Source of the DNA: an uncultured Muribaculaceae bacterium
GTDB taxonomy: Bacteria; Bacillota_I; Bacilli_A; RF39; UBA660
Assembly: GCA_964349455.1 (NCBI GenBank)
Contig: CAYGGG010000002.1
Coordinates: 1-61,034, forward strand
DNA length: 61,034 nt
Direction: 5' to 3'
Below the pieces are notes generated by a model that worked only from the letters and a program-made list of their open reading frames with translations, was not told where the DNA came from and ran no database searches. Shown piece by piece: positions 17,801-26,987 of this stretch. The position numbers and the translations under genes are program-made. Each line of letters opens with the position of its first letter. Within the stretch, counting starts at the first letter, position 1.

Positions 17801-18675
17801 AAGTATTAGTTATTTTAGGACCAACCGGAGTTGGTAAAACAAAGATGAGTATTGAACTTGCAAAAGCGTTAAATGGTGAGATTATTAATGCCGATAGTAC
17901 CCAAGTTTATAAGGGACTGGCGATTGCAACTGCTAAAGTAAGGGAAGATGAAATGGATGGGGTTTTGCATCATCTTTTTAGTTTTGTTGATTTGGAAAAA
18001 GATTATTCGGTGTTTGATTATCAAAGGGATTGTCGTTTGAAAATTGAAGAAATTTTAAAAAGAAAAAAAACGCCCATCCTAGTTGGTGGAACTGGTTTAT
18101 ATATTAAAGCGGCTTTGTATGATTATCAGTTAGGTGATGAAACAAAAGAGCAGTTTGATAGTTATACTAATTTAGAATTGTATAATGAGTTGAAAAAGCA
18201 TGATCCTGATTGTACAATCCATCTTAATAATCGAAAAAGAATGATTAGAGCTTTAAATTATTGTTTGCAGTATAGTCAACCGTTTTCGAAAAAAGAAAAA
18301 AATTCTAAATTATTGTATGATGCTGTTTTTATTGGTTTAACAATTGATCGTGATGTTTTATATCAAAGAATTAATCAAAGAGTTGATTTAATGATTAGGA
18401 AAGGTTTGATTGATGAGGCATTTGATTTATATGAAAGAGGAATTAGAACGAAAGCAGTTTTAACTCCAATTGGTTATCGACAATTGTTTTTGTTTTTTGA
18501 TAAGTTGATTAGTCAAGATGAAGTAATTGCTTTAATTAAAAAAGCAAGTCGTAATTATGCAAAAAGACAGTATACGTGGTTTAATCATCAGTTAGATGTT
18601 AAATGGTTTGATGTGAGTGATTTTTTGAAAACAAAAAAAGAGATTGTTGGTTGGATAAAGGGTGAAAATAAATAG
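17797..18675 (+). CDS. miaA: tRNA dimethylallyltransferase MiaA
   Basis: ILGPTGVGKT..., INADSTQVYKGLAIATAK, HHL and VGGTGLYIKA. It overlaps queA by ATGA. Confidence 0.95.
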   Translation: MKVLVILGPTGVGKTKMSIELAKALNGEIINADSTQVYKGLAIATAKVREDEMDGVLHHLFSFVDLEKDYSVFDYQRDCRLKIEEILKRKKTPILVGGTGLYIKAALYDYQLGDETKEQFDSYTNLELYNELKKHDPDCTIHLNNRKRMIRALNYCLQYSQPFSKKEKNSKLLYDAVFIGLTIDRDVLYQRINQRVDLMIRKGLIDEAFDLYERGIRTKAVLTPIGYRQLFLFFDKLISQDEVIALIKKASRNYAKRQYTWFNHQLDVKWFDVSDFLKTKKEIVGWIKGENK

Positions 18676-18707
18676 GTTAATGTGTTATAATGAAAACAGG
18701 TGATATC

Positions 18708-21700
18708 ATGAATGAGCAGTTATTATTGTTATTAAAAAAAATTGAATTGAAAGAGGATTATTATCCTCTTTTCGAAAGTGGTTTGATTACTAAAGTAGAA
18801 CATTTTAAGAAAAATGATCGTTATCTTTTTCATATTGAAATTGATGATTACCTGCCCACTGAAATATATGATTTAATGTTTTCAAATATTAAATCATGCT
18901 TTCCTTCGTCAGATGATGTTGATATCAAATTTGCTGTTCGAAAACATGATTATCAAAAAATGAAATTATATTTTATTTATGTTTTGCAAAAAGTATTGGG
19001 AATGACACCGTTAATTGAAATTTATCGTGAATGTGATATGCGAACTGAGGAAAATAAATTATGTTTAGTGGTTGCTAATAAAGCGGAAAAATCAAAAATA
19101 ACTAATTCTTTAAAAGAGATTGTTGATTTTTTTGAAAAGCTTGGTTTTAAAGATATTAAAATTGAAGTTTTAATTGATTTTGCAAAAGGAGCGGCTATTT
19201 TAGTTGATGATGAAAAACCCATTATTATTAAAAAAGAAAAAAAAGAGAAAAAAGCAATTATCGGAAATGAAATAAAAGAAACTTCTCAATTAATTGAAAG
19301 TATTACCAAAGAAGTGCCTTTGGTGGTAATTGAAGGAATGTTGTTTGGCGTTGATTTTTTTGAAACAAGAAAAAATAATTTTAAAATTATCACTTTAAAA
19401 TTAACTGATTTTTCAAATAGTATGTATGCGAAAATATTTGTCAATAAAGATGAATTATATAATGAACTAAAAAAAGACTTAAAAGTTTCTGGTTGGTATA
19501 AAATTAAAGGTTCGGTCAAATATGATAATTATGCCAAAGAATTAATTTTAAATGTTCGTGATATTAATATAGTTGAAAAAGAAGAAGAAATTGTTGATTT
19601 ATCAGCTGAAAAAAGAGTTGAATTACATACGCATTCGTTTATGAGTCAAATGGATGGTTTATCAGCGGTAAAAGACATCATTGCTTTTGCAAAGAAATTA
19701 GGCCATAAAGCGGTGGCGATTACTGATCATAATAGTGTGCAATCATTTCCGGAAGCTTATAATGAAATAAGATATGGGAAAGATGATTTCAAAGTTATTT
19801 TTGGTTGTGAAATGGTAATGATTGATGACCAAATAAAGATTATTAGTCAAAAAGATGATCGTGCAATAGATGAGGTTACTTTTGTTGTTTTTGATTTTGA
19901 AACAACTGGTTTTAATGCGGGTGCTAATGATCAGATTATTGAAATTGGTGCTGTTAAAATAAAAAATGGCGAAATAATTGATCAATTTTCAGAGTTAATT
20001 AATCCTGGGAAACCGTTACCGGCAATTATTACTGATATTACTAAAATTACTGATGCGATGTTAGTTGGCATGCCTAGTGAAGAAGAAGTAATTAGAAAGT
20101 TTATTGCTTGGTTTGGTGACTGCCCATTAGTTGCTCATAATGCTAAGTTTGATCTTTCTTTTTTGGAAAGGGCTTATAAAGTTTATAATTTAGGGGAGTT
20201 TAAAAATACGCTAATTGATACTTTAGAGTTATCAAGAGCATTTGATTCTTCTAATACAAAACATAGTTTATCGGCTTTGGTAAAGAGATATAATATTCCT
20301 TTTGCCGAAGATGAACATCATCGTGCTGAGTATGATGCAAAAGCAACGGCTTTGGTATTTGCTGCTATTTTAAAAAAATTAATTAGTCAAAATTATCAAA
20401 CGATAAGTAGTTTAGATAATTTAGTTTCAGAAGAAGATGTTTATAAGTTTGGTCGTAGTTATCATATTAATATTTTGTGTAAGAATCGTGATGGTCTTAA
20501 AAATTTGTTTAAGTTAGTGTCTTACGCTAATACTGATTATTTATATAAAAGTCCGCGAATTCTTCGTAGTAAGGTTGTTGAATTAAGAGAAAATTTATTA
20601 ATTGGTAGTGGTTGTTATTTGTCAGAGGTGTTTGTTGAAGCAAGAAGTCAAACAACTGAAGATTTGCGTAATATTATTAGTTTTTATGATTTTGTTGAAA
20701 TCCAGCCGATTGATATGTATGATCATTTGTTACAGATGGGTGAGTTTGCTGATACAAAGGAATTAGTTGATACGGTTAAAAAAATTGTTAATGTTGCTGA
20801 TGAAGCGGGCGTAATGGTGGTGGCGACTGGTGATGTTCATCATTTAAAAAAAGAGGATCGTTTATACCGGGAAATTGTCGTTAATCAAAAAGTTCCTGGT
20901 GGTGGGTTGCATCCTTTAGCGAGAAGTAATATTAAAAAAATTCCTTCAGCATATTTTAGGACTACTGAAGAAATGTTAAATGCTTTTTCTTTTTTAGGGG
21001 AGGACAAAGCGTATCAGATTGTTGTTGAAAATACTAATTTAATTACTGATCAAATTGAAAAAATAAAAGTGATTTTGGATACTGATGGAATTCCATTTAC
21101 GCCAACGATTGAAAATTCTGATCAACAAGTTCGGGATATTGTTTATCGTGAGGCGTATAAGATTTATGGTGATCCGTTACCAGAGATTGTTTTAAAACGA
21201 ATTGAAGATGAGTTAAAAGGAATTATTGGTGGCAAGTTTGATGTTATTTATTTGATTTGTCACAAGTTGGTTACGAAATCAAATGAGGATGGTTATTTGG
21301 TTGGTAGTCGTGGTTCAGTTGGTTCATCATTGGTGGCAACGTTAATGGGATTGACTGAAGTAAATCCGTTAGAACCGCATTATTTGTGTCCAAAGTGTCA
21401 TAAGACAATTTTTGTTGATGGATATGATAGTGGTTATGATTTACCATTGAAAAAATGTGAGAAGTGCCAAGTTGAAATGTTGCGCGAGGGGCAGAATATG
21501 CCGTTTGCTACTTTTTTAGGGTTTAATGCTGATAAGGTACCTGATATTGATTTGAATTTTTCGGGTGAATATCAAGCAAGAGCACATGAGTATACAAGAA
21601 CTTTGTTCGGGCCTGATAATGTTTTTCGGGCGGGAACAATTGGAACGGTTGCTGATAAAACGGCTTATGGTTTTGTGCGGGGATTTTTGGAGGACAAGAA

Positions 21701-22979
21701 CTTAACGATGCGAAGTGCGGAAATCGAGCGACTGGCAATTGGTTGTACCGGCGTAAAAAGAACAACTGGTCAACATCCGGGGGGAATTATTGTTATTCCG
21801 CATGATAAGGAAATTTTTGATTTTACGCCGTATCAATTTCCAGCTGATGATGTTAAAGCTAGTTGGCGAACAACGCATTTTGATTATCATGCAATTGATG
21901 AGAGTTTAGTTAAATTAGATATTTTGGGTCATGATGATCCAACGATGTTAAAGATGTTGGGTGATTTGTCAAAGTTGGATGTGACAAAGTTAAATATTAC
22001 TGATGATAAGATTATGAAAATGTTTTCTTCACCAAAGGTGTTGGGTGTGACTAGTGATGATATTTTTTGTGAAACGGGAACATTAGGTGTCCCTGAGTTT
22101 GGTACTAAATTTGTCATTGCTATGTTGATGGATACGAAACCAAAAACATTTGGTGAACTAGTTAAAATATCAGGTCTTTCACACGGAACTGATGTTTGGC
22201 TTGGGAATGCGCAAGAATTAATTAAAAATAATGTCTGCCCGTTTAAGGATGTAATTGGTTGTCGTGATGATATTATGGTTTATTTAATTGATAATGATCT
22301 TGATGCGAAAGATGCTTTTCAGATTATGGAGTTTGTTCGTAAAGGAAAACCGAGTAAGGAACTTGATAAGTGGCGTGTCTTTGAGAAAAAAATGGAAGAA
22401 AAGAAAATTCCAAGATGGTACATTGATTCTTGTTATAAAATTAAATATATGTTTCCAAAAGCCCATGCGGTTGCTTATGTAATTAGTGCTTTGCGAATTG
22501 CTTGGTTTAAGGTTCATAAACCGATTTATTATTATGCGGCTTATTTTTCAGTTCGTTGTCATGATTTTGATGTTGATGCTTTGTTAAATGGATATAAGCA
22601 TACCAGGAATTTGGTTAATGATTTGTTTAATCGGGGCAGTGATTTGACAAATAAAGAAGTGGCTACTTTAGAGGTAATGCATGTTGCATTAGAAGCAATG
22701 GCTCGTGGAATTAAGTTTGCACCAATTGATGTGGAAAAAAGTGACGCAATGAATTTTATTGTTTTGGATGACAATACATTACTTCCGCCGTTTCGAATTT
22801 TAGATGGGCTTGGTGAACAGGTTGCTAATAAAATCGTTAGCGAACGAATCAAGAAACCTTTTTTAAGTATTGAGGATTTGCAAAAAAGAGGAAAAGTCAA
22901 TGCAACGACAATCGAAAAAATGCGTTTTATGGGGATGCTTGATCATTTAGATGAGTCAAGTCAGATGACACTATTTTGA
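18708..22979 (+). CDS. polC: DNA polymerase III alpha subunit, PolC type
   Basis: PHP domain (VELHTHSFMS), inserted 3'-5' exonuclease (FVVFDFETTG...HNAKFDLSFL...HRAEYDA), a Zn-finger (CPKCHK...CEKC) and the polymerase core. ATG 18708 aligns with known PolC N-termini. Confidence 0.97.
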   Translation: MNEQLLLLLKKIELKEDYYPLFESGLITKVEHFKKNDRYLFHIEIDDYLPTEIYDLMFSNIKSCFPSSDDVDIKFAVRKHDYQKMKLYFIYVLQKVLGMTPLIEIYRECDMRTEENKLCLVVANKAEKSKITNSLKEIVDFFEKLGFKDIKIEVLIDFAKGAAILVDDEKPIIIKKEKKEKKAIIGNEIKETSQLIESITKEVPLVVIEGMLFGVDFFETRKNNFKIITLKLTDFSNSMYAKIFVNKDELYNELKKDLKVSGWYKIKGSVKYDNYAKELILNVRDINIVEKEEEIVDLSAEKRVELHTHSFMSQMDGLSAVKDIIAFAKKLGHKAVAITDHNSVQSFPEAYNEIRYGKDDFKVIFGCEMVMIDDQIKIISQKDDRAIDEVTFVVFDFETTGFNAGANDQIIEIGAVKIKNGEIIDQFSELINPGKPLPAIITDITKITDAMLVGMPSEEEVIRKFIAWFGDCPLVAHNAKFDLSFLERAYKVYNLGEFKNTLIDTLELSRAFDSSNTKHSLSALVKRYNIPFAEDEHHRAEYDAKATALVFAAILKKLISQNYQTISSLDNLVSEEDVYKFGRSYHINILCKNRDGLKNLFKLVSYANTDYLYKSPRILRSKVVELRENLLIGSGCYLSEVFVEARSQTTEDLRNIISFYDFVEIQPIDMYDHLLQMGEFADTKELVDTVKKIVNVADEAGVMVVATGDVHHLKKEDRLYREIVVNQKVPGGGLHPLARSNIKKIPSAYFRTTEEMLNAFSFLGEDKAYQIVVENTNLITDQIEKIKVILDTDGIPFTPTIENSDQQVRDIVYREAYKIYGDPLPEIVLKRIEDELKGIIGGKFDVIYLICHKLVTKSNEDGYLVGSRGSVGSSLVATLMGLTEVNPLEPHYLCPKCHKTIFVDGYDSGYDLPLKKCEKCQVEMLREGQNMPFATFLGFNADKVPDIDLNFSGEYQARAHEYTRTLFGPDNVFRAGTIGTVADKTAYGFVRGFLEDKNLTMRSAEIERLAIGCTGVKRTTGQHPGGIIVIPHDKEIFDFTPYQFPADDVKASWRTTHFDYHAIDESLVKLDILGHDDPTMLKMLGDLSKLDVTKLNITDDKIMKMFSSPKVLGVTSDDIFCETGTLGVPEFGTKFVIAMLMDTKPKTFGELVKISGLSHGTDVWLGNAQELIKNNVCPFKDVIGCRDDIMVYLIDNDLDAKDAFQIMEFVRKGKPSKELDKWRVFEKKMEEKKIPRWYIDSCYKIKYMFPKAHAVAYVISALRIAWFKVHKPIYYYAAYFSVRCHDFDVDALLNGYKHTRNLVNDLFNRGSDLTNKEVATLEVMHVALEAMARGIKFAPIDVEKSDAMNFIVLDDNTLLPPFRILDGLGEQVANKIVSERIKKPFLSIEDLQKRGKVNATTIEKMRFMGMLDHLDESSQMTLF

Positions 22980-24067
22980 CAACTAGTGTTTATCTTCATG
23001 TTCCTTTTTGTAAATCAATCTGCCCATATTGTGATTTTTGTAAAATAGTTTACAATAAAAAATTGGTAAAAGAGTATTTTGTTTATTTAAGGAAAGAAGT
23101 TTCAACTTTTTATAAGGGGGAACGGTTAAAAACGATTTATATTGGTGGTGGAACACCAAGTGCTTTATCGTTAAGTGAATTAAAGGAATTGTTTTTGATT
23201 ATTGATTTGTTTAAAAAAGAAAAAAATTGTGAAGTTACGATTGAAGTAAATCCAGATACGATTAGTTTACAAAAGTTGCAGTTTTTACGAGATAAAGTTA
23301 ATCGAATTAGCGTTGGTGTTCAAACTTTTAATGATCAGCATTTGTTTTTTTTAAATAGAAATTATAATAAAAAGGTAATTTTATCTAAAATTAAGTTAAT
23401 GAAAGAGATTGGTTTTAAAAATATTAGTATTGATTTAATTTATGGTTTTAAAAATCAGACGTTAGATGATTTGAAAAAAGATTTATTAATGGTGAAAAAA
23501 TTAGATGTGTCGCATCTTTCAATTTATAATTTAATTGTTAAGGAGAATACTGTTTTTTCTGATTATGAGGGTGATCCGGATTTGGATTATCAAATGTATT
23601 GTCTATTGGAAAAAGAGTTAACTGATTTTATTCATTATGAAATAAGTAGTTTTGGGGAAAAAGGATTTTTTAGTAGACATAATTTGGTTTATTGGCATAA
23701 TCAACCTTATTATGGATTTGGTTTGGGTGCGAGTGGTTTTGTTGATTTGATTAGGTATCAAAATAGTGATAATTTTAATTTGTATAAAAAAGGAGTTAGG
23801 GTTTTAGAAAAGGTGTCTTTTTCGGATATGATTGTTAATCAATTTATTATGAATTTACGCTTGTTAAAGGGAATTAGTGAAAAAGCGTTTATTAATAGAT
23901 ATGGGATTAGTTTTTTAAGTTTTAAAAATGTTGAGCGTTTAATTATGGAAAAAAAGTTAATCTTTAAGAATGGTTATTTGCGGATTTCGAAAAAAAAGAT
24001 GTTTGTTAGTAATGAGGTTTTGTTAAGATTAGTGGAAGATTATGAGGTGGGAAATGGAAAAGATTAG
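22976..24067 (+). CDS. hemW: Radical SAM heme chaperone HemW (HemN-like)
   Basis: YLHVPFCKSICPYCDF (CxxxCxxC), IYIGGGTPS and RISVGVQTF. The TTG start overlaps the polC stop, so the start is less certain. Confidence 0.9.
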   Translation: MTTSVYLHVPFCKSICPYCDFCKIVYNKKLVKEYFVYLRKEVSTFYKGERLKTIYIGGGTPSALSLSELKELFLIIDLFKKEKNCEVTIEVNPDTISLQKLQFLRDKVNRISVGVQTFNDQHLFFLNRNYNKKVILSKIKLMKEIGFKNISIDLIYGFKNQTLDDLKKDLLMVKKLDVSHLSIYNLIVKENTVFSDYEGDPDLDYQMYCLLEKELTDFIHYEISSFGEKGFFSRHNLVYWHNQPYYGFGLGASGFVDLIRYQNSDNFNLYKKGVRVLEKVSFSDMIVNQFIMNLRLLKGISEKAFINRYGISFLSFKNVERLIMEKKLIFKNGYLRISKKKMFVSNEVLLRLVEDYEVGNGKD

Positions 24068-24602
24068 TGTGTTTGAAGAAGAATTAAATTATATTAGTGA
24101 TTTAAGGATAAAGAATAGCTTGATTAATTATATTGAAACATTACCTGATTATTTCTTTTTAATTGCTGCTAGTTCTAGTGGTAAGTATCATCCTAGTTAT
24201 GCTTTGGGCGAGGGTGGTTTAGTAAGGCACACGAAAGTGGCTTTGAAAATTGCTAATGCTTTATTTAGAAATGATTCTATTCAGTCATTTAGCAGTTTGG
24301 AAAAGGATTTGATTTTTTATGCATTATTAATTCATGATAGTTATAAGTTGGGTTTAAATCAGGTTGAGCATACAAGATTTGATCATCCGTTAGTGGCGGC
24401 TGATCAGTTTGTTGTAAATAGTGTTGGTTTGATGGAGAATGAAAAGAAATTAATTAAAGGGATGGTTGAAAGTCATATGGGACAGTGGAATGAAAATGTG
24501 TATGAGAAAATTCAATTGCCAAAGCCTGCTAATGAATTGGAACGGTTTGTGCATTTGTGTGATTATTTGGCTAGTCAAAAGTTTTTGGAAATAAAGTTTT
24601 AA
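24054..24602 (+). CDS. HD-domain phosphohydrolase-like protein
   Basis: SSSGKYHP...GGLVRHT...LLIHDSYK...HLCDYLAS carries the H...HD...D pattern. GAGGTGG lies before ATG 24054. Confidence 0.7.
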   Translation: MEKISVFEEELNYISDLRIKNSLINYIETLPDYFFLIAASSSGKYHPSYALGEGGLVRHTKVALKIANALFRNDSIQSFSSLEKDLIFYALLIHDSYKLGLNQVEHTRFDHPLVAADQFVVNSVGLMENEKKLIKGMVESHMGQWNENVYEKIQLPKPANELERFVHLCDYLASQKFLEIKF

Positions 24603-24650
24603 CTTTATTTTTTTTATATTTTATTGTATACTTATTATAGGAGTGGTAAG

Positions 24651-26255
24651 ATGATTTTTCGTAAACCATATGCAATCTTTATTAAATATTTTAAATTAAT
24701 CCATTTGGCCTTAGCAACGGCAACGATTTATTTAATTTATCGAATGGTTTTAATTTTGAATTTTTTAAATGAATCAATTACAACTCCGCGATTTAATTTA
24801 AGTGGATCAGTTAATATTGATCTTTTTGATTTTTGGATTTATTTAACGCCCGTTTTGATAATTTTAGTTTCGATTATGGTTTTAAGTGTTTTGGTTTATA
24901 AACAAAAACCCTATCGTTTTTATGCGATTGCTTTAATTGCATTTATTGTTATTTTTTTGTTTGGTTTTTATTTAGCTGATTATTTACAAGTGATGGAAGT
25001 TCGAATTATGCCGGGCCAGAGTTTGAGTTTAGTCCGTGATTTGGTTTTGTTATGTATTGTTATTGAAGCTATTGCGGCGATTAAGTTTTTAATAACGGGA
25101 ATTGGTTTTGATATTAGAAGTTTTGATTTTGGAAAAGATTTAGCGGAACTTGAAATTGATGATATTGATCGTGAAGAATTTGAAGTTGAGGTTAAGGTTG
25201 ATATTAATAAAGCAAAACGAGATGTTTTTCGTAATGTTCGTAGTTTTAAATATGCTTATTATGAAAACAAATTTCGTTATAATGTTGCTATTTTTATGGC
25301 TATTGTAATGCTTTCGTTTGTTCTTTTTAATACTTATCGTAATCGAGTGATTGCTTTAAGCGAGGGCGATTGGTTTGTTGGTCGACAATTAGAGCTAACT
25401 GTTAGGGAAAGTTATTTGACAACAAAAAATTATGCTAATGTTAAAATGATTGACGATACGGTATTGTTAATTTTAAAAATGGATCTTGTTTCAAAAAGTA
25501 ATCTCCCTAAACCTTTGGAAAATGCTTATTTTAGAATTGAAGTGGGAAATTATTCGTTTTATCATTCTAAAAAATATCGCGACAGTTTGTTTGATTTAGG
25601 AATTGTTTATGATGATCAAAAAATTGGTAATGAGAGTCAGTCTTATTTGTTTGTGTTTGAAATTCCAGAGGCTTTTGTTGATCGGTTATTAGTTTTTAAG
25701 TATGTTGATGATTTTCGTTTTGTTAGTAAAAAAAGAGGCCCAGGTATTCAAAATTTTTTCATAGATCCGGTTAGTTTAGATAATAATGATGATATTTATG
25801 TAACAAAACTTGGTGATAACGTTTATTTTCGCGAACCGATTCTGGTTAGTTCCTTAAGTGTTGAAGAATATGAGTTAAAAGAAGAAATAAAATTAGATTA
25901 TCGTTTCTGTATTAGTAGTAATAATTGTTTTATTTCTCATGAATATTTAAGACCGGGTTATTATGGAAATGAGGAAATGGCTATTTTAAGATTAAAGGGT
26001 GATTTTAATTTAGATGAACGAGTTAAGCATCTTAATCTTTCTTATGTTGAATTTCTTCGTTCTTTTGGTAAGTTAGAATATGTTGTAAATGGTCAGAAAA
26101 AGTGGGTTGGGTTTAGTCAAGAAGCAAAGGCGGTTCGTGTTAATACTGGAAAAAATGTTTATTTGGAAGTGCCGAAAGATTTGTTAAAAGCCGAAAAAAT
26201 TGAGTTAGTAGTTAATCTTCGCAATTATACTTATAAACATCTTTTAAAATATTAG
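24651..26255 (+). CDS. Membrane protein (4-5 N-terminal TM helices, ~300-aa extracytoplasmic C-terminal domain), unknown family; first gene of the island
   Basis: AGGAGTGG RBS before ATG 24651. Hydrophobic segments span the first ~240 aa. Confidence 0.55.
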   Translation: MIFRKPYAIFIKYFKLIHLALATATIYLIYRMVLILNFLNESITTPRFNLSGSVNIDLFDFWIYLTPVLIILVSIMVLSVLVYKQKPYRFYAIALIAFIVIFLFGFYLADYLQVMEVRIMPGQSLSLVRDLVLLCIVIEAIAAIKFLITGIGFDIRSFDFGKDLAELEIDDIDREEFEVEVKVDINKAKRDVFRNVRSFKYAYYENKFRYNVAIFMAIVMLSFVLFNTYRNRVIALSEGDWFVGRQLELTVRESYLTTKNYANVKMIDDTVLLILKMDLVSKSNLPKPLENAYFRIEVGNYSFYHSKKYRDSLFDLGIVYDDQKIGNESQSYLFVFEIPEAFVDRLLVFKYVDDFRFVSKKRGPGIQNFFIDPVSLDNNDDIYVTKLGDNVYFREPILVSSLSVEEYELKEEIKLDYRFCISSNNCFISHEYLRPGYYGNEEMAILRLKGDFNLDERVKHLNLSYVEFLRSFGKLEYVVNGQKKWVGFSQEAKAVRVNTGKNVYLEVPKDLLKAEKIELVVNLRNYTYKHLLKY

Positions 26256-26303
26256 TAAATAAGGTATAATGAAAAGAGTAGGCAAGGGTGCAGGTGGGTG
26301 AGC

Positions 26304-26978
26304 ATGAAAAAGATTGATGGGTTATTACTGATAATTGCTTTTTTAGTGTTAATGCCGATGCAAATTAATGCTTTTTGTGATACAATGATTGTGAATAGTG
26401 AAAAGGCTACTTTGAAAAAGATTGCTTCAAATGTTACTTTTAGTACTTTTTATGAAGAAACTGATGATCAACTGGTGTTTAGTATTAGAATAAATAATCT
26501 CGATAAAAGTTTAAAAGTAGTTGATAATAAAACAAAAGAAGAAATTTTTTATGGACTTAATACTAAAGATATGCGTGAGTATATCGTTGGCAATTATCAG
26601 CCCGGTCAATCAGTTCAATTTAATTTTTTTGTACTAGGTAGTGATTGTATTAGTGAAGAAGAAATTTTAATGGTTAGGTATGTTAATCTACCTTATTACA
26701 ACAAATACTATAAAGATCCGCTGTGTGTTGGTTTAAGTAATAATTTAATTTGTCGTAAATGGGCGAATGTTAAATTAGATTATGATGATTTTAAAAATGA
26801 GATTGTGAAACTAAAAGAAGAGGTTAATGAAGAGAATGATAAAGAAGAAGATGATGAAATAGGGTTTATTTCGTTGTTTGAATTAATTAAGGAATATTAT
26901 ATATATTTACTTGGTTTAGGGATATTAGTTGTCGGATATCGAATGTATATGCGAAGAAAAGATGATTTTAAATTATAG
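26304..26978 (+). CDS. Secreted/bitopic protein with a signal peptide, conserved Cys residues and a C-terminal TM anchor
   Basis: MKKIDGLLLIIAFLVLMPMQINA signal sequence. C-terminal YIYLLGLGILVVGYRMYMRRKDD. AGGTGG lies 6 nt before ATG 26304. Confidence 0.55.
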   Translation: MKKIDGLLLIIAFLVLMPMQINAFCDTMIVNSEKATLKKIASNVTFSTFYEETDDQLVFSIRINNLDKSLKVVDNKTKEEIFYGLNTKDMREYIVGNYQPGQSVQFNFFVLGSDCISEEEILMVRYVNLPYYNKYYKDPLCVGLSNNLICRKWANVKLDYDDFKNEIVKLKEEVNEENDKEEDDEIGFISLFELIKEYYIYLLGLGILVVGYRMYMRRKDDFKL

Positions 26979-26987
26979 GAGGTTTTG

